58,663 nucleotides of DNA from Candidatus Woesearchaeota archaeon (lineage in GTDB: Archaea; Nanobdellota; Nanobdellia; Pacearchaeales; GW2011-AR1). Both the position numbers and the translations under genes were made by a program. Positions 36,265 through 44,894 of this stretch are shown here, one piece after another. Each line of letters opens with the position of its first letter. The stretch's first letter is position 1. The stretch is taken from positions 1 to 58,663 of the forward strand of contig CAZAIT010000001.1 in assembly GCA_964485325.1 (NCBI GenBank). The letters are read 5' to 3'. The notes beneath the pieces were generated by a model. It ran no database searches. It was not told the origin of the DNA and saw only the letters and a list, made by a program, of their open reading frames with translations.

Positions 36265-36726
36265 ATGAAAAAGAGTGTTAAAAATAAACGCGGGCTTTCT
36301 CCTGTGCTTGCTAATGTTTTAATGGTGTTGTTAGTTTTAGTTTTGGCATCTATAATTTTTTTATGGGCTCGAGGATTTATTAGTGAACAGATTGAAAAAT
36401 TTGGTACTCCTATTGAAGATGCGTGTTCTCTAGTTAGCTTTGAAGTTAATAAGTTAGGAAGTAATAAATTAGAAGTTATTAATCGTGGGAATATTAATAT
36501 TCGTCATTTGGATATTAAATTGTCGGACGCTGAAGGTAATTCTGAAATGCGTAGATTTGATTTTGAAATAGATGTAGGAGAAGTTATTGTTAGAGATATC
36601 TTTTTGGAGATGACAAGTGGTAAAGATATAGAGAGTACAATTGTTTATCCTGCTTTAATAGGGAATGTCAAGGGCAAAGACTTAAATAAAGTTTTTACTT
36701 GTATGAATGTAGGAGTTAAGTTATGA
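36265..36726 (+). CDS. archaeal type IV pilin-like protein
   Basis: MKKSVKNKRGLSPVLANVLMVLLVLVLASIIFLWARGF. Paralogue of 6104. Cys pair DACS...FTC. Confidence 0.75.
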   Translation: MKKSVKNKRGLSPVLANVLMVLLVLVLASIIFLWARGFISEQIEKFGTPIEDACSLVSFEVNKLGSNKLEVINRGNINIRHLDIKLSDAEGNSEMRRFDFEIDVGEVIVRDIFLEMTSGKDIESTIVYPALIGNVKGKDLNKVFTCMNVGVKL

Positions 36727-36745
36727 TTGAAAGGAGGTTTAAAAA

Positions 36746-37246
36746 ATGTATAATAAAAAAGTAAATAAAAAATCCTTGAGTTCGTCTCACGGGATTCAAA
36801 AAAGAGGTATTTCGGCTATTGTTGCTACAGTTTTGATAATCTTAATTACTGTTGCTGCGGTTACAATTCTTTGGGCGGCAGTTATTCCATTAGTTCGTGA
36901 TAATCTTGAAAGTGGAACAGTTTGTTTAGATGCTTCGACTGGGCTTACATTGAGTGATTCCGGATATACTTGTGTTAACACTACTAATGTTTCATTGCAA
37001 ATAAAACATGGAGCTAAGGCTTTTGATGTAGAGGAAATTCAGGTTCTGATTTATGCTAGTGGAGATACTACGACAAAAACAATAACAACAGGTTTGCCTG
37101 GTCCTAATGAGGAGAAGGTATTCTTAATTACACATGGTCTTACGGCTGCTAATATAGAAAAGGTTGAAATTGCACCGGTTGTTTTGATTGGCAATACTAA
37201 GAAAACTTGTGATGTTTCGGCGAGTATAGCTATTAAACCTTGTTAG
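36746..37246 (+). CDS. archaeal type IV pilin-like protein
   Basis: QKRGISAIVATVLIILITVAAVTILWAAV. Cys near the helix end and at the C-terminus. Confidence 0.7.
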   Translation: MYNKKVNKKSLSSSHGIQKRGISAIVATVLIILITVAAVTILWAAVIPLVRDNLESGTVCLDASTGLTLSDSGYTCVNTTNVSLQIKHGAKAFDVEEIQVLIYASGDTTTKTITTGLPGPNEEKVFLITHGLTAANIEKVEIAPVVLIGNTKKTCDVSASIAIKPC

Positions 37247-37268
37247 TTTAATTATTCTTTTTTAAACT

Positions 37269-37300
37269 GGCCCGTTAAGGGCCTTTTAATTTTTTTAATT
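37269..37300 (+). terminator. GC hairpin plus T-runs after the pilin sub-operon
   Basis: GGCCC-GTTAA-GGGCC (37269-37283) followed by TTTTAATTTTTTTAATT. Confidence 0.5.
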
Positions 37301-37307
37301 TTTTACG

Positions 37308-37335
37308 AAAAAGTATATAGAGTAATATACTTTTT
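37308..37335. promoter_or_regulatory. palindrome (11-bp arms, 6-nt spacer), second copy of the 4690 element
   Basis: AAAAAGTATAT-AGAGTA-ATATACTTTTT, preceded by TTTTTTACGA as at 4681. A TATA-like AAATATATAAAG lies about 25 nt before the ATG at 37395. Confidence 0.5.
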
Positions 37336-37394
37336 ACATTTCACGAATATATTCTCCTAGGAAAATATATAAAGAAGATTTTTCTTTTATAGTT

Positions 37395-37931
37395 ATGAGG
37401 ATGATTGGAAAAAAAGGACAAGTTTGGGTGGAGACTGTGATTTATACTTTGATTGGTTTGGCTATTATTGCATTGGTTCTTGCTGCCGCCTTACCTAAGA
37501 TAAACGCAAAAAAAGATGAGGTTATGATTGAGCAATCTATTGAAGCTCTTAGTAATATTAATAGTAAGGTTTATGAGGTCTTTTATAAGCCTGAAGGAAA
37601 CAATCGTATTGTAAATTTAGAAATTAGAAAAGGTGCATTGATTATTAATATGGATGATAACACGGTTTCATGGATTTTAGATTCTAGCTTTCTTTATAGT
37701 CAGGAAAATGAAGAAATTGCTGTTGGAAATGTGTATGTAAATACAACAAGAGGTAAACCTTGGCAAGTTGAATTAAAATTGAATTATAGCGATATGAATA
37801 TTACGTATAATGATGATAGTACTGGAACAAAACGACTAGATATTGCACCTAATCCGTATAAGCTTGCTATTTCAAAAACCATTCCTACTGTGTCTGGAAA
37901 CCCCATAATTAATTTTGCTGAATCTGGATAA
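37395..37931 (+). CDS. prepilin-like protein with bacterial-style G/xxxxE processing motif
   Basis: MRMIGKKGQVWVETVIYTLIGLAIIALVLA; Glu at +5 after the Gly. Confidence 0.6.
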   Translation: MRMIGKKGQVWVETVIYTLIGLAIIALVLAAALPKINAKKDEVMIEQSIEALSNINSKVYEVFYKPEGNNRIVNLEIRKGALIINMDDNTVSWILDSSFLYSQENEEIAVGNVYVNTTRGKPWQVELKLNYSDMNITYNDDSTGTKRLDIAPNPYKLAISKTIPTVSGNPIINFAESG

Positions 37932-37990
37932 TAGCATTACAGGAACAAATAAAGAAATAGTTTTATATAACCTGTTTATGTAAAATTGGT

Positions 37991-39520
37991 ATGAGTGATA
38001 TTAGTATAGATTCTAATCCGAAGGTTCCGATGATTCCGAAATTTGAGGATAAGACAAAAATTGATGTGAGGTATATGGTGATTGTTCCGTACGTTTCTAT
38101 TCATGTTTATTATGATGAGAAATCTGGAGAAGTTATTTATGATGTTGAAGAGCCTATTCTTTCTGAAAAAGAAAAGTCGAATTTAGACAAAATTGAACGA
38201 GCTATAAGAGAAGTTGTTGATGTTAGTATGGTTGATGTAGATAATACTAGAGAAAAGTTGTTGGACTATATAGATAAGACTGCTAGGTTAATTATTTCAG
38301 AATTGGGTTTAAATATTGAGGAAGAGAGTTATAAAAAAATGTTTTATTATTTGTATAGAAATTTTATTGGTCTGAATGAAATTGAACCGATAATGAAGGA
38401 TTATTTTATTGAAGATGTAGAGTGTAATGGGATGGGAGAGAATATGTATATTGTGCATAGAGTTTTTAGAAATATTAAGACTAATGTTAAGTTTGATAAT
38501 ATGAATAAATTATCAAGTTTTGTAGAAAAATTGGCTCAAAAGACTGGACGTTATATTTCTTATGCTTCGCCTATTTTAGATGGAAGTTTGCCAGATGGCT
38601 CCAGGGTTAATGCAACATATACCCAAGACATTTCATCCAAGGGTCCTACTTTTACTATTCGTAAATTTACAAAGACTCCATGGACGCCTACACAATTACT
38701 TGGATTTCATACTCTTAGTCCAGAGATGTTAGCGTATTTTTGGATATTATTACAGTATCAATCTAATCTTATGATTGTTGGTGGTACGGCATCTGGTAAG
38801 ACCACCTTGCTAAATGCAATGGCTTTTTTTATTCCACAGGAAAACAGAGTAGTTTCTATAGAGGATACTAGAGAATTGAATCTGCCCAGAGAAAATTGGT
38901 TACCTTCGGTTGTGAGAACTGGAGTTTCCGAAGGAGGAGCTGGAGGAGTTGATATGTTTTCTTTGCTTAGGAGTTCATTTAGACAAAATCCTGATTATGT
39001 AATTGTTGGTGAAGTTAGGGGAAAGGAGGCATCGGTTTTATTCCAGGGAATGGCTTCAGGGCATGCCTCTATCTCTACTATGCATGGTGATTCCGTTGAT
39101 TCAATTATTCGTAGGTTGGAAACTCCACCCATTAGTTTGAGTCCAATGTTGGTTAATGTATTGGATGTAATGGTAATAATGACTCATGCAATCGTAAATG
39201 GGAAAGAAACTAGAAGATTAAGGGAAATTGTTGAGATTGTGAAAGTCGAAGCGGATGGGACTGCTATGACCAATACACCATTTAAGTGGAATCCTGCAGA
39301 TGATAAATTTTATCATGCAAAAGGTAGTAAAATCTTTGATAAGATTGCTCAAAAAATTGGAACTACAACCGAAGAGTTACAGAAAGAGTTTGTAATCCGA
39401 GCCAAATTATTATATGCTTTATTTCAAAATAAAGTTGTGAGCTATGAAGACGTCCAAAGGCTGATAAATGACTATGCAAAAAAACCAGCTGAGATTTTGA
39501 AAAAGTATGGAGTTCAGTGA
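37991..39520 (+). CDS. type IV pilus/archaellum-family secretion ATPase (GspE/FlaI/PilB-like)
   Basis: Walker A GGTASGKTTLLNA, VVSIEDTRELNL, PDYVIVGEVRG, STMHGDS. Confidence 0.9.
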   Translation: MSDISIDSNPKVPMIPKFEDKTKIDVRYMVIVPYVSIHVYYDEKSGEVIYDVEEPILSEKEKSNLDKIERAIREVVDVSMVDVDNTREKLLDYIDKTARLIISELGLNIEEESYKKMFYYLYRNFIGLNEIEPIMKDYFIEDVECNGMGENMYIVHRVFRNIKTNVKFDNMNKLSSFVEKLAQKTGRYISYASPILDGSLPDGSRVNATYTQDISSKGPTFTIRKFTKTPWTPTQLLGFHTLSPEMLAYFWILLQYQSNLMIVGGTASGKTTLLNAMAFFIPQENRVVSIEDTRELNLPRENWLPSVVRTGVSEGGAGGVDMFSLLRSSFRQNPDYVIVGEVRGKEASVLFQGMASGHASISTMHGDSVDSIIRRLETPPISLSPMLVNVLDVMVIMTHAIVNGKETRRLREIVEIVKVEADGTAMTNTPFKWNPADDKFYHAKGSKIFDKIAQKIGTTTEELQKEFVIRAKLLYALFQNKVVSYEDVQRLINDYAKKPAEILKKYGVQ

Positions 39521-39601
39521 TGAATATTTATTTATTCTTTTTTAAATTAATTTAGAAGTCTTGACAACATTAATAAAGATATTTTCTTTTGTTATTTAAA
39601 G

Positions 39602-39772
39602 ATGGTAGATATTGAATTTGTTGGTCAGTTAGTTGATTCTATGCATGAAGCTGTTTTATTATTGGATAAAGCTGTTATAGATAAAGATAAAGAAAGAACC
39701 CATAAGTTAAAAATTTTTATTTTTGATTTACACAATCAGATTTCTAATATTATCGGAGGGCAAAATGTTTGA
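39602..39772 (+). CDS. small helical protein (56 aa), coupled to the platform gene
   Basis: ATG at 39602 and TGA at 39770-39772, overlapping the ATG at 39765 of the next gene (ATGTTTGA). Below the ORF-track size cut-off. Confidence 0.4.
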   Translation: MVDIEFVGQLVDSMHEAVLLLDKAVIDKDKERTHKLKIFIFDLHNQISNIIGGQNV

Positions 39773-41096
39773 GAGTTTAAAGAAAAATCTTGAGCAGGAA
39801 AAAAATATTATTGTTAACATGCAGTCTATTCAGAACACTATGCAAAATGATCCAGCTAATAAGAAATTTTATGATGCAAATTTACAAGGGTTGCTTAGAC
39901 AATTAGCGATTTTGAATAATGCTATTCCTGATTTATTAAAAGAAGGAGGTTTGTCAGCCAAATCTATTAGTCCTAATCCAGTTAGCTCTATAAATAAAGA
40001 TCAAACTAAAAATACTGTTGTCAAAAAAAAACTTCCAGTATATGCAAATAAAATTAGTAAGAATAAAACACAACCTACTCCTAGTACATCTATTCATAAG
40101 TCTGCGCTTAAAGATAGAAAATATGTTACTATTAATAAAGATGATAAAAAGGAATTTTTAAAAAAATTAAAATTATCAGATGGAGCAATGTCTAAAATCA
40201 ATAGAGACGATAAAAAAAAGAGCAAAGTGGTTATCGTTAAACCAAGTTCATTTGCAAGAATTTCAAATAAGCTTTTTAGGAAATATTCTGATAAGTTATC
40301 TCCTCAATTTCTTAATTTAGAAAAAGATTTGAAAAAAGCAAATATTAGATTTTTGTTGTCTACTTATTTATCTATGGCAATTGCCTCAGTAGCGATTGCT
40401 TTTATTTCCGGACTTTTAATTTTTGGGGTATTATTAGCCTTTAGTTTTAGTAATTGGATTTATTTTGCTTTACCTATTGGTTTTTCTGGTGTTGCAATAG
40501 CTATGTTTTATCTGTATCCTTCAAGTGAGGCAAATAGTGTTCAAAAAAAGATTTCTCAAGAGTTACCTTTTGCCACGATTTATATGTCCGCAATTGCTGG
40601 TTCCAATATTGAACCTACCAAAATTTTTAAGATAATTGCTTCTTCTGAAGAGTATCCAAATATAGGTAAAGAAATTCGTAAGATAATTGCACAAGTTCAT
40701 ATTTATGGTTATGATTTAGTGACGTCTTTAAAAAATGTCGCGGTTAGAACATCTAACAAAAGATTATCAGAATTATTTTCTGGGCTGGCTACAAATATAG
40801 CAAGTGGAGGGGAGCTAAAAAATTATCTTGAAAAGAAAGCAGAGAATTTTTTAATGGACTATAGATTAGAGCGACAACAATATTCTGAAATGGCTGGAAC
40901 TTTTATGGATGTTTATATTTCTATTTTAATTGCAGCTCCTTTAGTTCTAATGATGATGTTTATTGTGATGAATGTCGCAGGATTGGGTATGGGTGGATTA
41001 AGTATCACAGCTTTACTAAGTCTGAGTATTGTTGGGATAGCTGTTGTAAATATCTTTTTTATTGTGGTGCTGAATATGAAACAACCGAAAGTATAA
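39765..41096 (+). CDS. T2SSF-domain platform protein (FlaJ/TadC-like, single domain)
   Basis: Long Lys-rich N-terminal region, then a TM-flanked T2SSF-like segment LPFATIYMSAIAGSNIEP...LFSGLATNIASGGELKNYL. ATG at 39765 preferred over the TTG at 39723. Confidence 0.75.
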   Translation: MFESLKKNLEQEKNIIVNMQSIQNTMQNDPANKKFYDANLQGLLRQLAILNNAIPDLLKEGGLSAKSISPNPVSSINKDQTKNTVVKKKLPVYANKISKNKTQPTPSTSIHKSALKDRKYVTINKDDKKEFLKKLKLSDGAMSKINRDDKKKSKVVIVKPSSFARISNKLFRKYSDKLSPQFLNLEKDLKKANIRFLLSTYLSMAIASVAIAFISGLLIFGVLLAFSFSNWIYFALPIGFSGVAIAMFYLYPSSEANSVQKKISQELPFATIYMSAIAGSNIEPTKIFKIIASSEEYPNIGKEIRKIIAQVHIYGYDLVTSLKNVAVRTSNKRLSELFSGLATNIASGGELKNYLEKKAENFLMDYRLERQQYSEMAGTFMDVYISILIAAPLVLMMMFIVMNVAGLGMGGLSITALLSLSIVGIAVVNIFFIVVLNMKQPKV

Positions 41097-41128
41097 AGTT
41101 ATATAAATAGAAAAGACATTTTCTCATA

Positions 41129-41872
41129 ATGAGAAAGTTGGTGAATAAGCGAGGTTCTGCACATTTTGAAATGATTATTTCATTTATATTTTTTATTGGA
41201 TTTGTATCTTTTCTTTTTGTTACTCTAAAACCTACTGATTCCCATGTATTACCTAGTGCTGTTGTATCAGGACTTTATGATTCTTTTGAACAAGAAACTT
41301 ACACTAATTTTTCTACTGTTTTTTTGAAGATAAATGAGACTACGGCTTCAGGATGTATTAAGATTTCTTTTAAGCTACCCGAAGAACTTTTTAATTATAA
41401 AATAATTGAGAATAGAGTTTATGTTACAGACCTTAATGACAATAGTGTAGTTTCCAGTGTAAATGAAAATAATTGGAAGTTAGCTATAGAAAACAATCGC
41501 GATGAATCTTTTAGAATTGCATTTTCTCCGGAGTTTAGTGATAATGGTGATGTTAATGGTATTGATTGTGAAAACTTGAATCAGGGAAATGATGAATATA
41601 AAATAGGAGAAGTTACTGAAAGGCAAGTTGTTTCTTATAATAAATCAGCAGAGATGAGAGATGAATATTATTCTAATTATGATGATTTAAAAGAAAAATT
41701 AAGAGTTCCTCCTATGTTTGACTTTGCAATTAAATTTGAAACACTAAGTGAATTGAATATGAATAAATCTATTCTAGCTCCAGTAGATGTGATGGTTGAA
41801 GATTATGTGTTTGGAATTTTGAATAGTACAGGCTCTCTTATTAACGAAAGAGTTAGCTTTGCGATTTGGTAA
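41129..41872 (+). CDS. prepilin-like protein with G/xxxxE motif
   Basis: MRKLVNKRGSAHFEMIISFIFFIGFVSFLFV. Confidence 0.55.
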   Translation: MRKLVNKRGSAHFEMIISFIFFIGFVSFLFVTLKPTDSHVLPSAVVSGLYDSFEQETYTNFSTVFLKINETTASGCIKISFKLPEELFNYKIIENRVYVTDLNDNSVVSSVNENNWKLAIENNRDESFRIAFSPEFSDNGDVNGIDCENLNQGNDEYKIGEVTERQVVSYNKSAEMRDEYYSNYDDLKEKLRVPPMFDFAIKFETLSELNMNKSILAPVDVMVEDYVFGILNSTGSLINERVSFAIW

Positions 41873-41918
41873 TTTTATCTTGCGTAAGGTTTATTAGTTT
41901 GTATTGTGTTTTTATTTT

Positions 41919-44345
41919 ATGCCATTTGATGTTGTTATAGGTAGAAATGAAAGTGATAAGAAATCTTTTGGGAATAGAGGTTTGGCTTTTATTGGAAAGA
42001 GTTTTGTAACAATGGGAAATTATACTTCCTTATCTAATCCTATTTTTATGGATGTGGCTAGAAGTCACGTTGTTTTGATATCAGGAAAAAGGGGTTGTCT
42101 TACAGGGGACACGATGATTTTTACTGATAAGGGTTATAAATTTATAAAAGAGTTTAATGAGAAAGAAGATAAAATATTATCATTTGATAAAGATATAAAA
42201 AAGTTTGAGTGGGAAAAGGCAAAGCTTTTGAGTTATCCAATAAAAAATGAGGATTTATTCAAAATAGAATTAAAAGATGGTAGAGTAATTAATTTAACAA
42301 ATGAGCATCCGTTATTATCTTCTTATGGTAAATATATTTATTATAGACGAGCTTGTGATTTGAAGGTTAATGACAAAATAGTTTTACCAACAACTTTACC
42401 CGAAATTAAGAAGGATGAAGAGAGTTTAAGGATTGCAAGATTGCTTGGATTTATTTTAGCAGATGGGACAATTAATATTAGAAAGGGACGTTTTAAGGAT
42501 GGGAGGGGAGCGTGGTACAATGGAACAAAGGCAAGAATTAGAATTAATAATGCTTGTGATGAGGTTTTAGTTTTGGCAAAAGAGGATTTTGAAAAAGAAT
42601 TTGATATCATTGCTAAGAGATATGAGAGAAATGATTGTAATTGTGAGATTGTTGAGACAAAACATCAAAAAGTTGTGAATAAATTTGTAAAGTTGGGAGT
42701 TCCTGTTGGTTTAAAATCTCACAAAATTCGTGTGCCTCAGATTGTATTTGAAAGCTCTAATAAATTTAAGGTAGAATTTATTTCGGCTTTGTTTGATTGT
42801 GATGGTTCTATTTCTAAGAATTCAAATACAATTGATTATTCAAGTAAATCAAGAAAATTTTTAGAAGATTTGCAGATTTTGTTATCTCATTTTAATATTG
42901 AGTCTGTGATAAGAGTCAAAAATGCAAAGTGTAATGGAAAAGTTTTTGAGAATTTTCGGTTGTTTATTACAGATAATAATTCTATTGAAAATTTTAAAAA
43001 AATCGGTTTTCATAGCGAATTTAAGCAAGAGAGATTAAATAAGCATAAATCCAATGGGACAAAGAAAAGGAAGACGCATTATCTATCGGAAAATTTGGCT
43101 TGTAGAAGGATTAAATCTATTGAAAAATTAAAAAATGTTGAAAAAGTTTATGATTTATCTGTTGATAAAAATCATTCTTTTATCGCGAATGGATTAATTT
43201 CACATAACTCTGGGAAGAGCTATACTATGGGAACAATGGCTGAATCTTTATCTGATTTAGGTGCTGAAGAGTCCGGAAATATAGCTTCTGTAATTTTTGA
43301 TACGATGGGAATTTATTGGACTATGAAATATAAAAATGTCAAGGATGCTGGACTTTTGGATGAGTGGGGATTGAAGGCAAAAAATATTCCTATGAGGGTG
43401 TTTGCTCCTTTTGGATATTATCAGGAATATAAAGATAAAGGTGTCGAAGTGGATAGTGAATTTGCAATTAAAATTTCTGAGCTAGAGCCTTCAGATTGGG
43501 TAACGCTTTTTGAGTTAAAGTTTACAGATACTATAGCTGTTGTAATCGAATCAGTTATTAGTGAATTGAGAGAATCAAAACAGAGTTATGGTTTTGAAAA
43601 TATTTATGATTTGATTAACCGTATTGAACACGTAGAGCAGGAAGTTAAAAATTCTGTTACGGCTTTGTTTGATGCAGCCAGGACATGGAAAATTTTTGAT
43701 GAAGAAAAAGGAACTTTGGTTCGAGATTTAATTTCTGCTGGGCAAACTACTGTGATAGATTTGTCTATGTATGCTTCTCTTGGATCGTTTAATGTTAGAG
43801 CTTTAATTATAGGGCTAGTTTCTAAGAAAATTTTTAATGAAAGAATGGCTTCGAGGAAAGACGAAGAAATTCAGGCGGTGCAACATGGTGCAGATTATGC
43901 TAGGTATAGAATTAAACGAGAGATGCCTCTGGTTTGGATATTTGTAGATGAGGCCCATGAGTTTTTGCCAAGAGAAGGAAAAACTCCGGCTACGGATGCA
44001 TTAGTTCAATTACTTAGAGAAGGAAGGCAGCCTGGGGTTTCAATAGTTATGGCAACTCAGCAACCGGGTAAAATTCATACAGATGCGATGACTCAGTCGG
44101 ATATTGTTATTTCTCATAGAGTTACGGCGAAATTGGATGTGGATGCTTTGAACGACATTACTCAGAGTTATATGTATGAAAATATTTCTTCAAAATTAAA
44201 TGGGTTGCCGAGATTGAAAGGCTCTGCAATTATTTTAGATGATAATTCTGAAAGAATTTATCCTATGAGAGTTAGACCAAGATTTACATGGCACGGTGGG
44301 GAAGCTCCTACTGCTATTAGAAAGATAGACGAAGATATCAATTAG
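41919..44345 (+). CDS. HerA/FtsK-superfamily (DUF87-like) P-loop ATPase, interrupted by an intein
   Basis: Exteins join as VVLISGKRG|SGKSYTMGT, giving Walker A GKRGSGKS. Walker B LVWIFVDEAHEF, then MATQQPGKI. ATG at 41919 preferred over the TTG at 41904. Confidence 0.85.
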   Translation: MPFDVVIGRNESDKKSFGNRGLAFIGKSFVTMGNYTSLSNPIFMDVARSHVVLISGKRGCLTGDTMIFTDKGYKFIKEFNEKEDKILSFDKDIKKFEWEKAKLLSYPIKNEDLFKIELKDGRVINLTNEHPLLSSYGKYIYYRRACDLKVNDKIVLPTTLPEIKKDEESLRIARLLGFILADGTINIRKGRFKDGRGAWYNGTKARIRINNACDEVLVLAKEDFEKEFDIIAKRYERNDCNCEIVETKHQKVVNKFVKLGVPVGLKSHKIRVPQIVFESSNKFKVEFISALFDCDGSISKNSNTIDYSSKSRKFLEDLQILLSHFNIESVIRVKNAKCNGKVFENFRLFITDNNSIENFKKIGFHSEFKQERLNKHKSNGTKKRKTHYLSENLACRRIKSIEKLKNVEKVYDLSVDKNHSFIANGLISHNSGKSYTMGTMAESLSDLGAEESGNIASVIFDTMGIYWTMKYKNVKDAGLLDEWGLKAKNIPMRVFAPFGYYQEYKDKGVEVDSEFAIKISELEPSDWVTLFELKFTDTIAVVIESVISELRESKQSYGFENIYDLINRIEHVEQEVKNSVTALFDAARTWKIFDEEKGTLVRDLISAGQTTVIDLSMYASLGSFNVRALIIGLVSKKIFNERMASRKDEEIQAVQHGADYARYRIKREMPLVWIFVDEAHEFLPREGKTPATDALVQLLREGRQPGVSIVMATQQPGKIHTDAMTQSDIVISHRVTAKLDVDALNDITQSYMYENISSKLNGLPRLKGSAIILDDNSERIYPMRVRPRFTWHGGEAPTAIRKIDEDIN
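42096..43208 (+). mobile_element. intein with LAGLIDADG homing-endonuclease domain (371 codons, in frame)
   Basis: Starts CLTGDTMIF, block B NLTNEHPLL, dodecapeptide motifs LLGFILADGTI and ALFDCDGSI, ends VYDLSVDKNHSFIANGLISHN followed by Ser. Inserted inside the P-loop. Confidence 0.85.
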
Positions 44346-44392
44346 TGGGTTATTGTAGTAATGTTTAAATATTATAATATTGTGATTAGTTT

Positions 44393-44893
44393 ATAAAAAA
44401 GGGGCTTAGTCCAACTATTGGTGTTGTTCTTCTAGTCTTATTGGTGATTATTATTTCTGGAATAGTGTTTGTTTGGAGTAAGGATTTAATTTCAAATGAT
44501 AAAGAGCAAGCTTTAGGGGAAAAAATGTGTAAAGAAGTTGAGCTCGCTGTTGGGGATTTTTGTAAAATGAGAGTAGATGGGATTGTGGAGGGAGATGAAT
44601 ATCATATAAAGTTTAGTGGAAGGAATGATGCTACAGGAGTGGGACTATATGGTTTTCTTATGATTGTAGATTATGCGACCGGAGATGCCTCTGCAAAATC
44701 TATATCTATTCCGAGTTTACCATATAGTGAAATGGCAGTTGGTGATGTTAGGAGTATTTCAAGTGATGCAATAAAGGATGCTTCTTTAATAGAACGTATT
44801 ACAATTTTACCTAAAATAGAAGTTGAAGAGAAAGTATTTACTTGTGAAGAAGAAGAAAAAGTTATGACATGGGAGGAGATTGTAGCTTGTTAA
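44393..44893 (+). CDS. archaeal pilin-like protein lacking a canonical start codon
   Basis: In-frame upstream extension of ORF 44441 reads (ATA)KKGLSPTIGVVLLVLLVIIISGIVFVW, a textbook class III signal peptide. In-frame TAG at 44387-44389. Only ATA at 44393 is available as a start. Confidence 0.5.
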   Translation: MKKGLSPTIGVVLLVLLVIIISGIVFVWSKDLISNDKEQALGEKMCKEVELAVGDFCKMRVDGIVEGDEYHIKFSGRNDATGVGLYGFLMIVDYATGDASAKSISIPSLPYSEMAVGDVRSISSDAIKDASLIERITILPKIEVEEKVFTCEEEEKVMTWEEIVAC

Positions 44894-44894
44894 T

